This document shows, piece after piece, positions 1 to 6,577 of a stretch of 17,889 bases of DNA. The stretch comes from a virus. The stretch lies in IMG/VR virus record IMGVR_UViG_3300029514_000027; one strand, 5' to 3'. A program made the translations under genes and the position numbers. Each line of letters begins with the position of its first letter. The stretch's first letter is position 1. The notes below the pieces were generated by a model, which did no database searches, was not told the DNA's origin, and worked only from the letters and a program-made list of their open reading frames with translations.

Positions 1-23
1 GGGGGTATAATAGGGGTAGCACC
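1..23. repeat. Left inverted terminal repeat (23 bp perfect, imperfect extension to about nt 36)
   Basis: nt 1-23 GGGGGTATAATAGGGGTAGCACC equals the reverse complement of nt 17867-17889. The next 13 nt still share GCTTCCAG (29-36 versus the reverse complement of 17854-17861). The ITR sits exactly at the window ends. Confidence 0.9.
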
Positions 24-86
24 CCCTGGCTTCCAGTTTCCCCCATTTGTCCAGCCAGGCACATAGATTGTTAAATATTTCACAGA

Positions 87-115
87 TTGGCGTGTTGCAC
101 AATAACAGATATATA
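87..115 (+). promoter_or_regulatory. Candidate sigma70-type promoter P-left-1 (TTGGCG-17 nt-TATATA)
   Basis: -35 TTGGCG at 87-92, 17-nt spacer, -10 TATATA at 110-115. The -35 region with the upstream TTTCACAG block (78-85) is near-identical to the promoter region at the right end. Confidence 0.5.
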
Positions 116-135
116 TATTTGTGCATTATTCCATA

Positions 136-164
136 TTGTAATTTTGGGCGTGATATGCTATACT
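136..164 (+). promoter_or_regulatory. Candidate sigma70-type promoter P-left-2 (TTGTAA-17 nt-TGcTATACT, extended -10)
   Basis: -35 TTGTAA at 136-141, 17-nt spacer, TG at 156-157, -10 TATACT at 159-164. An overlapping TATAAT lies at 164-169. It is upstream of the first + strand gene. Confidence 0.5.
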
Positions 165-242
165 ATAATTGCAAAGGGGATAAGGGGAATCAATAAAGAA
201 TAGCCCGGCTTCCTGAGTACAACAGAAAAAGGAGATTATATA

Positions 243-575
243 ATGGAATATGAAATTTATGAATTGAAGCCGCTGCGCACAAATCAAAAATCTTTCTACG
301 GTAAAGCGAATGTTGTTAAGGCTTATAACGGCAATGATGTGTGCTATGCTTTGCGTTCATATGACACCGTTGTCGTTTCGCTGTTTGTTGCCGCCGACGG
401 CGCGCCGTTCGTCAAAAAGCTTTGGAACGGCTACAGCGTTACGACGTTGCGCCACGTTAACGAGTTGCTCACGCAGCTGAATTTCCCGAAATTGTCCGCC
501 CGCGTATGGCGCGCAATGGAAGTCGGGGAATTTTATAGCCCGGACGAGGTTCCCGCCCTTGAAAAAAGCTCTTAA
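243..575 (+). CDS. Hypothetical early protein (110 aa)
   Basis: Intact ORF with AAGGAG 7 nt upstream of the ATG. It is the first gene after the left promoters. I do not recognise the family with confidence. Confidence 0.7.
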   Translation: MEYEIYELKPLRTNQKSFYGKANVVKAYNGNDVCYALRSYDTVVVSLFVAADGAPFVKKLWNGYSVTTLRHVNELLTQLNFPKLSARVWRAMEVGEFYSPDEVPALEKSS

Positions 576-679
576 ATAAACGCCTCACGGCGCTAATGCA
601 GCCCGGTTTATGCCGGTCGGTTGCAAGCCCGGATAAATGCAGAGCAGCGCTAAAACTAATGGGAAAAGGGGAATATATT

Positions 680-1027
680 ATGAATTACATTTTCAAAACA
701 ACGGCAACAATGAAAGAATACAATAATAAAAAGTGGTACATTGACGGCGGTATTGTTTCAGATATGCGAATAGATGCGGATAGCGTGGAAAATGCGCTTG
801 AAATTTACCAGGAACGGGCGGAAGAAAAGCACGGCATTACCATTTCCAAAAATGCTATTAAAAACAAGTCGGAAATGTTCGTTGATCTACCAGGCGGAGG
901 CGTAAAGCAAGTTGGCTATGTTATCACCGGTAAAGCCGAATTTGACAAGGGAGATTATTCCGGCTGGAGCACGCAATACATTGATTTGTGGGTAACTATT
1001 TTGACCGTCGTTGACACGGTATTTTAA
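680..1027 (+). CDS. Hypothetical early protein (115 aa)
   Basis: The ORF track starts at 596, but the ATG at 680 is preceded by AAAAGGGGA at good spacing. The upstream 28 codons have no RBS. Confidence 0.65.
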   Translation: MNYIFKTTATMKEYNNKKWYIDGGIVSDMRIDADSVENALEIYQERAEEKHGITISKNAIKNKSEMFVDLPGGGVKQVGYVITGKAEFDKGDYSGWSTQYIDLWVTILTVVDTVF

Positions 1028-1046
1028 TTAAGGGGGGATAATTTCC

Positions 1047-1298
1047 ATGAAATACGGCAACCTTACAACTGAACGTCGCCGCGTGTATACGCTTGAAATT
1101 GCTGAAATTGACCACGAAATTGTAACTGTAAATCAGAACGGGATGTATATTTATGGGGATGGTGCTGCGCGCAAAACGCTCCTTGAAAATGAAGTGTTTC
1201 AGTGGGATTGTGTCGCTTTTGGTTTTCCGAACACAATGAACGTTTGCGAATCCGACTCCCCTGACACGTTCGACGTGGAAGTCTTTTGGCGAGACTAA
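1047..1298 (+). CDS. Hypothetical early protein (83 aa)
   Basis: ORF with a strong RBS (TAAGGGGGGA) upstream of the ATG. Confidence 0.65.
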   Translation: MKYGNLTTERRRVYTLEIAEIDHEIVTVNQNGMYIYGDGAARKTLLENEVFQWDCVAFGFPNTMNVCESDSPDTFDVEVFWRD

Positions 1299-1423
1299 TC
1301 TTAAATCCGAAACGTTCCTTTTTAGGAACGTCGTAGCGAGATGAGCGCCGCTACCCGATGATGGAAATGCTCAATATTAAAAGAGGGCCGCGCCGCCCGA
1401 ATAGGCGCAGAAAGGAAAAAGCT

Positions 1424-1672
1424 ATGAAAAACATCACTAGAACCATCCATACACTGACCGTGGAGTACCCTGTCAAGGCTGAAAACGGTTTTGAAACGCG
1501 CACCGATACCGTTATCGACATGGGCGCAGCCGCTATCCGTGCAGAGCTTAAAAAGCGCTGTGGCACGTATAACGTTAAGTTCTTGGGCGAGTATGACGTT
1601 ATTAGCGATGTGGAACGCACGTATTCCATGCCGGTTGACACGTTTATTCGCTGCGCGGCTGAAATTCAGTAA
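1424..1672 (+). CDS. Hypothetical early protein (82 aa; alternative start at 1358 adds an Arg-rich 22-aa extension)
   Basis: The ATG at 1424 is preceded by GAAAGGAAAAAG. The ATG at 1358 has no recognisable RBS. The antisense ORF 1351-1641 is taken as a shadow. Confidence 0.6.
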   Translation: MKNITRTIHTLTVEYPVKAENGFETRTDTVIDMGAAAIRAELKKRCGTYNVKFLGEYDVISDVERTYSMPVDTFIRCAAEIQ

Positions 1673-1726
1673 TTCAAAAACTCACGGCTGCGCTATCGGC
1701 TATACGGGCGGAAAGGAAAAAAGATT

Positions 1727-2074
1727 ATGAATAATATCGTTATCAAAGGCCGTCTCACCGCTGACCCCGAAATGCGCAAAACTATGAACGGCGTTCCCGT
1801 TGCAAATTTTACTGTAGCTGTTGACCGGACGTTCAATCGTGATGAAACGGACTTTTTCCGCTGCACCGCGTGGCGCTCTACGGCTGAATTCGTGAATGAG
1901 CATTTCAAGAAAGGCCAGGAAATTCTTCTGAGCGGCGAAATGCGTTGCGACGTTTGGGAGGACGACGACGGGGAAAAGCATTCGTCGTGGAATGTTCAGG
2001 TCACAAATGCTGAATTCTGCGGAAGCAAGCCACAGTCTGCTGACACGCACAAAAAGAAAACGTATCAGAAGTAA
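1727..2074 (+). CDS. ssb: Single-stranded DNA-binding protein, bacterial OB-fold SSB family, without acidic C-terminal tip
   Basis: N-terminus MNNIVIKGRLTADPEMRKTMNGVPVANFTVAV...DFFRCTAWRSTAEFVNEHFKKGQEILLSGEMRCDVWEDDDGEKH matches the canonical SSB pattern (GRL..DPE.R.T..G..VA.F..AV..., TDF..C.AW...AE, KG..I...G.L....W.D..G.K). An RBS is present. Confidence 0.85.
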   Translation: MNNIVIKGRLTADPEMRKTMNGVPVANFTVAVDRTFNRDETDFFRCTAWRSTAEFVNEHFKKGQEILLSGEMRCDVWEDDDGEKHSSWNVQVTNAEFCGSKPQSADTHKKKTYQK

Positions 2075-2081
2075 TCAAACT

Positions 2082-2120
2082 AGCGGGCGCGTGTAATCTA
2101 CATTCGCCCGCTTCATTTTA
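2082..2120 (+). terminator. Possible intrinsic terminator or attenuator after ssb
   Basis: AGCGGGCG (2082-2089) pairs with CGCCCGCT (2105-2112) and is followed by TCATTTTA. The 15-nt loop is large, so this is only moderately convincing. Confidence 0.35.
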
Positions 2121-2138
2121 AGATTGGAGTGTATAACC

Positions 2139-2231
2139 ATGAAAACGTTCCTTGAATATCTTATTTGTTCCGCTATTGGCGCGCTGCTTGTGGCTATTTG
2201 TGTTTTCGTTCCGGTGTTGATTGGTCGGTGA
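2139..2231 (+). CDS. Possible 30-aa hydrophobic micro-protein (MKTFLEYLICSAIGALLVAICVFVPVLIGR)
   Basis: Translated by hand and below the ORF-track size cutoff. ATG at 2139 is preceded by TTGGAG, and the stop TGA is at 2229-2231. It has one predicted transmembrane segment. Its end overlaps the possible TTG start of the next ORF. Confidence 0.35.
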   Translation: MKTFLEYLICSAIGALLVAICVFVPVLIGR

Positions 2232-2760
2232 TTTGGTGTCATCTTGTAAATACGCAAAGTCGTGTTTTGAGTGCCCGTTTCCCGACGTGCCGCCACGGTG
2301 TTTGTCAAACTTTGATGCAAGTGATTATAACGACGCAATCTATATTTTCCGTAAAAACCGAAACATTCAACCGTTCCCGCGCGATAAACTTGGCGAACAC
2401 GTAGAGATTAGCGCTGTTATGTCAGAGGACGACAACATTTTGAGGTTGTCTATTTATTATGATAAATTCCTTATGGGCTATTTGGACGCGGGCTGGCGTT
2501 CGCTACAGAGAACGATGCGTAGCAAATCGAACGTGTATTTTTCGATTGGTCTTGAAAAATCTTTAGGGACTAAACGCGCTTATGAAATCATTCAGGAGTG
2601 CTATAAATATTGTTACGGTATTGGCAATCTCATGGCCCGCGCTATTGATTGTACGAATGGAGATATTATCGCACGAAAGGTAAAAGGCGAAATCAGCAAA
2701 AACGAATATTATGCGATTTTTGATATAGTAAAATCAAAGAAAGGATTTACGCTGGTATGA
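2221..2760 (+). CDS. Hypothetical protein with Cys-rich N-terminus (up to 179 aa; start uncertain)
   Basis: Long ORF whose stop overlaps the next start in an ATGA (2757-2760). The first in-frame ATG is only at 2419. TTG 2221, TTG 2233 and GTG 2236 are alternatives, and they keep the SCKYAKSCFECPFPDVPPRC segment. Confidence 0.6.
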   Translation: MVGDLVSSCKYAKSCFECPFPDVPPRCLSNFDASDYNDAIYIFRKNRNIQPFPRDKLGEHVEISAVMSEDDNILRLSIYYDKFLMGYLDAGWRSLQRTMRSKSNVYFSIGLEKSLGTKRAYEIIQECYKYCYGIGNLMARAIDCTNGDIIARKVKGEISKNEYYAIFDIVKSKKGFTLV

Positions 2761-2963
2761 TTTTTGACGTAAATGAAGAAAACCTTAATCTGTTGGCTGA
2801 AACTGGTTGCCCTAGAAACTTGTGGGGAGTAAGCAATGACTTTGATTGTATGGTTTCAGATGATGACAGTTATTATGGCCGCTATAATGGCTCGGTCATC
2901 GCCACCTGCCGCGCCTGTTGGTTGAAATGGCTCTCTAAAGAAAGTGAGGATAATTATGAATAA
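2757..2963 (+). CDS. Small Cys-rich protein with C-terminal CxxCWxxWL motif (68 aa)
   Basis: ORF coupled to the upstream gene by an ATGA overlap. It ends ...ATCRACWLKWLSKESEDNYE and is a paralog of the next gene. Confidence 0.65.
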   Translation: MIFDVNEENLNLLAETGCPRNLWGVSNDFDCMVSDDDSYYGRYNGSVIATCRACWLKWLSKESEDNYE

Positions 2964-3126
2964 CCCTTCTTATGTTTATATTCCCACGGATAAACTTGTG
3001 GAGATAATCGAGCACTGTTGTCCGCCTTGCGTGACAGTTGACCATTGCAGTCGGCTAGCTTATGAAGATTGCGACGGCCGGTCTTGCCTTGAATGCTGGA
3101 AATCATGGCTAACGGACGGTGAATAA
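2956..3126 (+). CDS. Small Cys-rich protein with C-terminal CxxCWxxWL motif (56 aa)
   Basis: The ATG at 2956 follows GAGGA (2946-2950), whereas the ORF-track GTG at 2944 lies within the RBS. It ends ...RSCLECWKSWLTDGE. Confidence 0.6.
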   Translation: MNNPSYVYIPTDKLVEIIEHCCPPCVTVDHCSRLAYEDCDGRSCLECWKSWLTDGE

Positions 3127-3128
3127 CA

Positions 3129-3665
3129 ATGGCGCGTAAAAGAAAACCCTTAACCGAATGGCAAAAGCAAGCCAAAAATTTCAAAGCTAGAATTCGATAT
3201 TCTGAGAAAAAAGGTTATGCTATTTCAAAGCACGCGCGTTATGCTTATGAGCATATCAAGGACTATACTGCCGAAGAACTAAAGGGCTTTACGCATGAAT
3301 ACATCCGTGAAATTGATAGCATTTCGGAAGCTCAGTTGACTATCGAAAATTACCGCCAATTCCTTAAAGAATTTATCACCCCCGGCAAGAAGTATGAATC
3401 GCACGGTGCGTATTTGCTCTTAGCGTGGTTCAATTCGTTACTTGATACGCGAAGTGTAAGACAAGTTGCAGAAATGATTAAGCGCGGCCTTGAAGAAGAT
3501 GGTCTGCCCGACTATTCCGTGAAATACCGCGAACATGACGCTCTTGCCTACATCGGTAAAATGCAGGCATGGTTGCCCGAAGAGATGCGTTTGTCAGACG
3601 AACAAATTTATCGCTATGCAAATGACTATGATAGCATTGATTGGGGCGAATTTTACGATGACTAA
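3129..3665 (+). CDS. Putative terminal protein (primer for DNA replication), 178 aa
   Basis: It lies immediately upstream of the protein-primed DNA polymerase and overlaps it by 8 nt, the same gene order as phi29 genes 3 and 2. The basic N-terminus MARKRKPLTEWQKQAKNFKARIRYSEKKGY resembles my recollection of the phi29 TP N-terminus (MARSPRIRIK...VKNTKAKIARTKKKYG). The C-terminus is acidic. It is shorter than the phi29 TP (266 aa). Confidence 0.55.
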   Translation: MARKRKPLTEWQKQAKNFKARIRYSEKKGYAISKHARYAYEHIKDYTAEELKGFTHEYIREIDSISEAQLTIENYRQFLKEFITPGKKYESHGAYLLLAWFNSLLDTRSVRQVAEMIKRGLEEDGLPDYSVKYREHDALAYIGKMQAWLPEEMRLSDEQIYRYANDYDSIDWGEFYDD

Positions 3666-5670
3666 AAAGAAAAAACAGCAGATTGAACCACGGGCTATTG
3701 TTCCCCGCTATGCCTGTGATTTTGAAACAAGCGTTTTCGAGGGTCAGGAATATACGGAAGTTTGGTCTGCTGCGTATGTCGAAATAGGCGGAAAGTCAGA
3801 GCAAGTAACTGTTTGTAAGTCAATCAGTGAATTCTTCGACGATATGTTTTCACATGATGCCCGGCGCCAAATCCTATACTTCCATAACCTGAAATTCGAC
3901 GGCGCTTTTATCCTTGACTATTTTATTTCACAACTAGGTTGGAAACAGGCATATACTCATACCGGCGAAAGCCAATTTGAGGGAACAGTCTGGGAAAACG
4001 ACAAGGAAATGTCAGCGAAAAGCATTAAGTATATGATTGCTGACAAACAAGGCGTGTGGTACAGCATCGTAATTAAGGGCGCTAATGGCAAAATTATTGA
4101 AATTCGTGATAGTCTAAAGTTGCTGCCACTATCGCTTAAAAAGTTGGGTGAATCATTCAAAACAAAGCACCAGAAACTTGAAATGGAATACAAGGGTGAA
4201 CGTCATGCGGGCGGCTTCATTAGCCCGGAAGAATATGATTACATAGCAAACGACGTGCTTGTTTTGAAAGAGTGTCTTGAAACAACATTTGCCGAAGGCC
4301 ATACACGCTTGACCATTGGTTCGTGCTGCTTTGATGAATGGAAGAAAACACTAGGCGGGGATTCGATTTACAAAGAGGAATACCCCAATTTGTGGCAGCG
4401 TCACATTGATGAAGAAATATACGGTTCTCCGTGTATCGGTCGGTATATTCAGCGGGCATATAAAGGCGGATGGTGCTATGTGAACCCAAAGTTTTCCGGG
4501 AAGCCCCAAATCAAGGGCTGCACATTCGATGTGAATTCTTTATACCCGTATGTTATGCACAGTATGTCCGGCAATGAATATCCCGAAGGTTTGCCCAGCT
4601 TTTGGCGCGGCAATTACATCCCGGAGTGCTGCACACTGGGCGAGAAAAGGCGAGACGGCAGCAGGTATAAGCCAGATTATTATTTTATCCGCTTCAAATG
4701 CCGGTTCAAACTGCGGCAAGGCTATTTGCCCACAGTGCAAATCAAAGGCAACCCATTGTATAAAGGTACGGAATGGCTGAAAACATCCGACGTGTATAAC
4801 CCGCGCACAGGCATATACCATGATACAATTATAAATTGCGACGGCGAGAAAGTAAAACCATTCGTGACGCTCACAATGACTTGTTCTGATTATGAACTAT
4901 TCCGCGAGCATTATGACGTGTTTGATTTAGAGATTCTTGATGGATGTTATTTCCAGACAAGGAAGGGAATATTCGACAAGTATCTTAACAAATATAGAGA
5001 GATTAAGGAAAACAGTACGGGCGGTATTCGCTATCTTGCTAAGCTATTCTCAAACAATCTGTACGGCAAGACCGCAGCGTCACCGGATAGCAGTTTCAAA
5101 GTGGCGTATGTAAAGGATGATACATCTATCGGCTTTTACCCGAACTACGCACAAGATAAAACCCCTGGCTACATTGCCATCGGGGCAGCAATTACAAGTT
5201 ATGCGCGCTGCTACACTATCCGCGCTGCGCAAGCGAATTATGAGCACTTTTGTTATGCTGATACCGACAGCATCCACTTGAATTGCAGCCCGGAAGTAGT
5301 AAAAGGAATCACAGAGCACCCGCGCACATATGGTTGCTGGAAGTGCGAAAGTGAATGGGACTACGGCCTGTTCCAGCGCCAGAAAACCTACGTCGAACAC
5401 GTTGTTAAAGAGAACCATGAAGAAGTGCAGCCGCATTATGACATGAAGTGCGCAGGTATGCCGCAGCGCAGCAAGAAATTGTTCTTACAGTCGTGCGGAG
5501 AAGATGAAGGAATCGAGCCTGAAAACGATATGGAACGGGAATTCCTGCTTGAACGGAGAAGCATTGAGGACTTCAAAGTCGGTTTGTGCGTTCCGGGGAA
5601 GTTGCGCCCGAAGAGAATACCTGGCGGAATTGTACTTGTAGATACAACATTTCAATTTAAGGAGGGTTAA
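3658..5670 (+). CDS. Family-B protein-primed DNA polymerase (phi29 gp2-like), 670 aa
   Basis: Motifs read in the translation: ExoI YACDFET, ExoII FHNLKFDGAFI (identical to phi29), ExoIII YIANDVLVL, motif A FDVNSLYP, motif B KLFSNNLYGK, motif C YADTDSIH and the KxY motif QKTYVEH. The start is set at ATG 3658 (MTKKKKQQ...), which overlaps the end of the upstream gene. The ORF-track start at 3535 lies inside that gene. Confidence 0.95.
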   Translation: MTKKKKQQIEPRAIVPRYACDFETSVFEGQEYTEVWSAAYVEIGGKSEQVTVCKSISEFFDDMFSHDARRQILYFHNLKFDGAFILDYFISQLGWKQAYTHTGESQFEGTVWENDKEMSAKSIKYMIADKQGVWYSIVIKGANGKIIEIRDSLKLLPLSLKKLGESFKTKHQKLEMEYKGERHAGGFISPEEYDYIANDVLVLKECLETTFAEGHTRLTIGSCCFDEWKKTLGGDSIYKEEYPNLWQRHIDEEIYGSPCIGRYIQRAYKGGWCYVNPKFSGKPQIKGCTFDVNSLYPYVMHSMSGNEYPEGLPSFWRGNYIPECCTLGEKRRDGSRYKPDYYFIRFKCRFKLRQGYLPTVQIKGNPLYKGTEWLKTSDVYNPRTGIYHDTIINCDGEKVKPFVTLTMTCSDYELFREHYDVFDLEILDGCYFQTRKGIFDKYLNKYREIKENSTGGIRYLAKLFSNNLYGKTAASPDSSFKVAYVKDDTSIGFYPNYAQDKTPGYIAIGAAITSYARCYTIRAAQANYEHFCYADTDSIHLNCSPEVVKGITEHPRTYGCWKCESEWDYGLFQRQKTYVEHVVKENHEEVQPHYDMKCAGMPQRSKKLFLQSCGEDEGIEPENDMEREFLLERRSIEDFKVGLCVPGKLRPKRIPGGIVLVDTTFQFKEG

Positions 5671-5674
5671 ATTT

Positions 5675-6349
5675 ATGAAAGTTTTAGTTGCTTGTGAAGA
5701 GAGCCAGGTGGTTTGTTCCGCGTTCAGGGAAAGAGGCCACGAGGCGTATTCTTGCGATATTCAAGAGCCGTCAGGAGGGCGGCACGAATGGCACATTCTT
5801 GGCGACGCTCTCGAAGCCGTTAAAGGCGGGGGCGTGATTACGATGGATGGGCTAACTCACGATGTTGGCAGCTGGGATCTATTGATTGCGCACCCGCCCT
5901 GCACCTACCTTACCGTATCTGGAAACCGCTGGTTCAACGTCGAACGATATGGAGACAGAGCGATTGAACGATTAAAAGCAAGAAAAGAAGCAGCTGAATT
6001 CTTTATGGCTTTTATCGAGGCGGACATTCCTTGTGTTTGCGTCGAGAATCCGGTTGGTTATATGTCAACGCATTACCGCAAACCAGATTGCATCGTACAG
6101 CCGTATCAGTTTGGGCATCCTGCAAGAAAAACAACTTGTCTATGGCTTAAAAATCTCCCGTCTCTCATTCCAACGAATGTTGTAAATCCTGGAGAAATAC
6201 TGCCGGGCGGATATAGCGTAGGGGCATCTGCGAATTATGCCAGGGATGAAAATGGAAAAATTTTGCGCTGGAATGACCCACGAACAGCAAAAGCCAGGAG
6301 CAAAACATACCCTGGGATTGCTAAGGCGATGGCTGAGCAATGGGGATAA
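5675..6349 (+). CDS. Short C5-cytosine DNA methyltransferase-like protein without an obvious target-recognition domain (224 aa)
   Basis: HPPCTYLTVSG resembles the PC catalytic motif IV and VCVENPVG resembles the ENV motif VI. The N-terminus MKVLVACEESQ sits where motif I is expected. The overall pattern matches the roughly 220-aa phage family I recall being annotated as DNA cytosine methyltransferase (MRVLVACEFSG...IAHPPCT...ENP). The RBS GGAGGG lies 7 nt upstream. Confidence 0.6.
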   Translation: MKVLVACEESQVVCSAFRERGHEAYSCDIQEPSGGRHEWHILGDALEAVKGGGVITMDGLTHDVGSWDLLIAHPPCTYLTVSGNRWFNVERYGDRAIERLKARKEAAEFFMAFIEADIPCVCVENPVGYMSTHYRKPDCIVQPYQFGHPARKTTCLWLKNLPSLIPTNVVNPGEILPGGYSVGASANYARDENGKILRWNDPRTAKARSKTYPGIAKAMAEQWG

Positions 6350-6367
6350 CGATAAGGAGTGGCAGCA

Positions 6368-6571
6368 ATGATAATAACAATGCCATCTATTAAAGCCCCA
6401 GAGTGCCAATGCGGAGAAAAAGCCAAAGTTTATCTTTCTCCAAATGACCTAAAAGTTAGATGCCCGCATTGCGGCAAGGAAGCAAGTGTTCACTACGTTA
6501 CGGGTTTTTACCGATTTAGCGCCGGCGACTTAGCTGACCTTGTGGCCATAATAAGCAATAAGGAGGGTTAA
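6368..6571 (+). CDS. Small zinc-ribbon protein, paralog A (CxCG-x19-CPxCG), 67 aa
   Basis: AAGGAG (6354-6359) lies 8 nt upstream of ATG 6368, and the ORF-track GTG at 6359 sits inside this RBS. Cys pairs are CQCGEK...CPHCGKEAS. It is clearly paralogous to 6578-6784. Confidence 0.7.
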   Translation: MIITMPSIKAPECQCGEKAKVYLSPNDLKVRCPHCGKEASVHYVTGFYRFSAGDLADLVAIISNKEG

Positions 6572-6577
6572 AAAAAT

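Noticed and set aside
174-188. Tandem AAGGGGA-T-AAGGGGA Shine-Dalgarno-like doublet in the left leader
   Set aside because: No start codon follows at usable spacing. The same purine-rich string recurs as the ordinary RBS of other genes (for example 665-674), so this may be chance or a minor regulatory feature. There is not enough evidence for a call.
596-679. 28-codon N-terminal extension of the 680-1027 gene
   Set aside because: There is no RBS before 596, while a strong one precedes 680. The extension is Cys/Arg/Ala-rich, unlike the rest of the protein.
1312-1331. Perfect 8-bp hairpin ACGTTCCT-TTTT-AGGAACGT after the 1047-1298 gene, considered as a terminator
   Set aside because: No U-run follows it on either strand, so I cannot call it an intrinsic terminator. 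It may be an RNA processing or stability element, but nothing in the sequence decides that.
3535-3657. N-terminal 41-codon extension of the polymerase ORF
   Set aside because: It lies wholly inside the upstream (TP-candidate) gene in another frame. The conserved ExoI motif begins shortly after the Met at 3658, which is placed for translational coupling.
6140-6426. - strand ORFs 6140-6409 and 6235-6426
   Set aside because: They are antisense to the methyltransferase-like and zinc-ribbon genes, lie on the wrong side of the convergent terminator for - strand transcription, and have no RBS.
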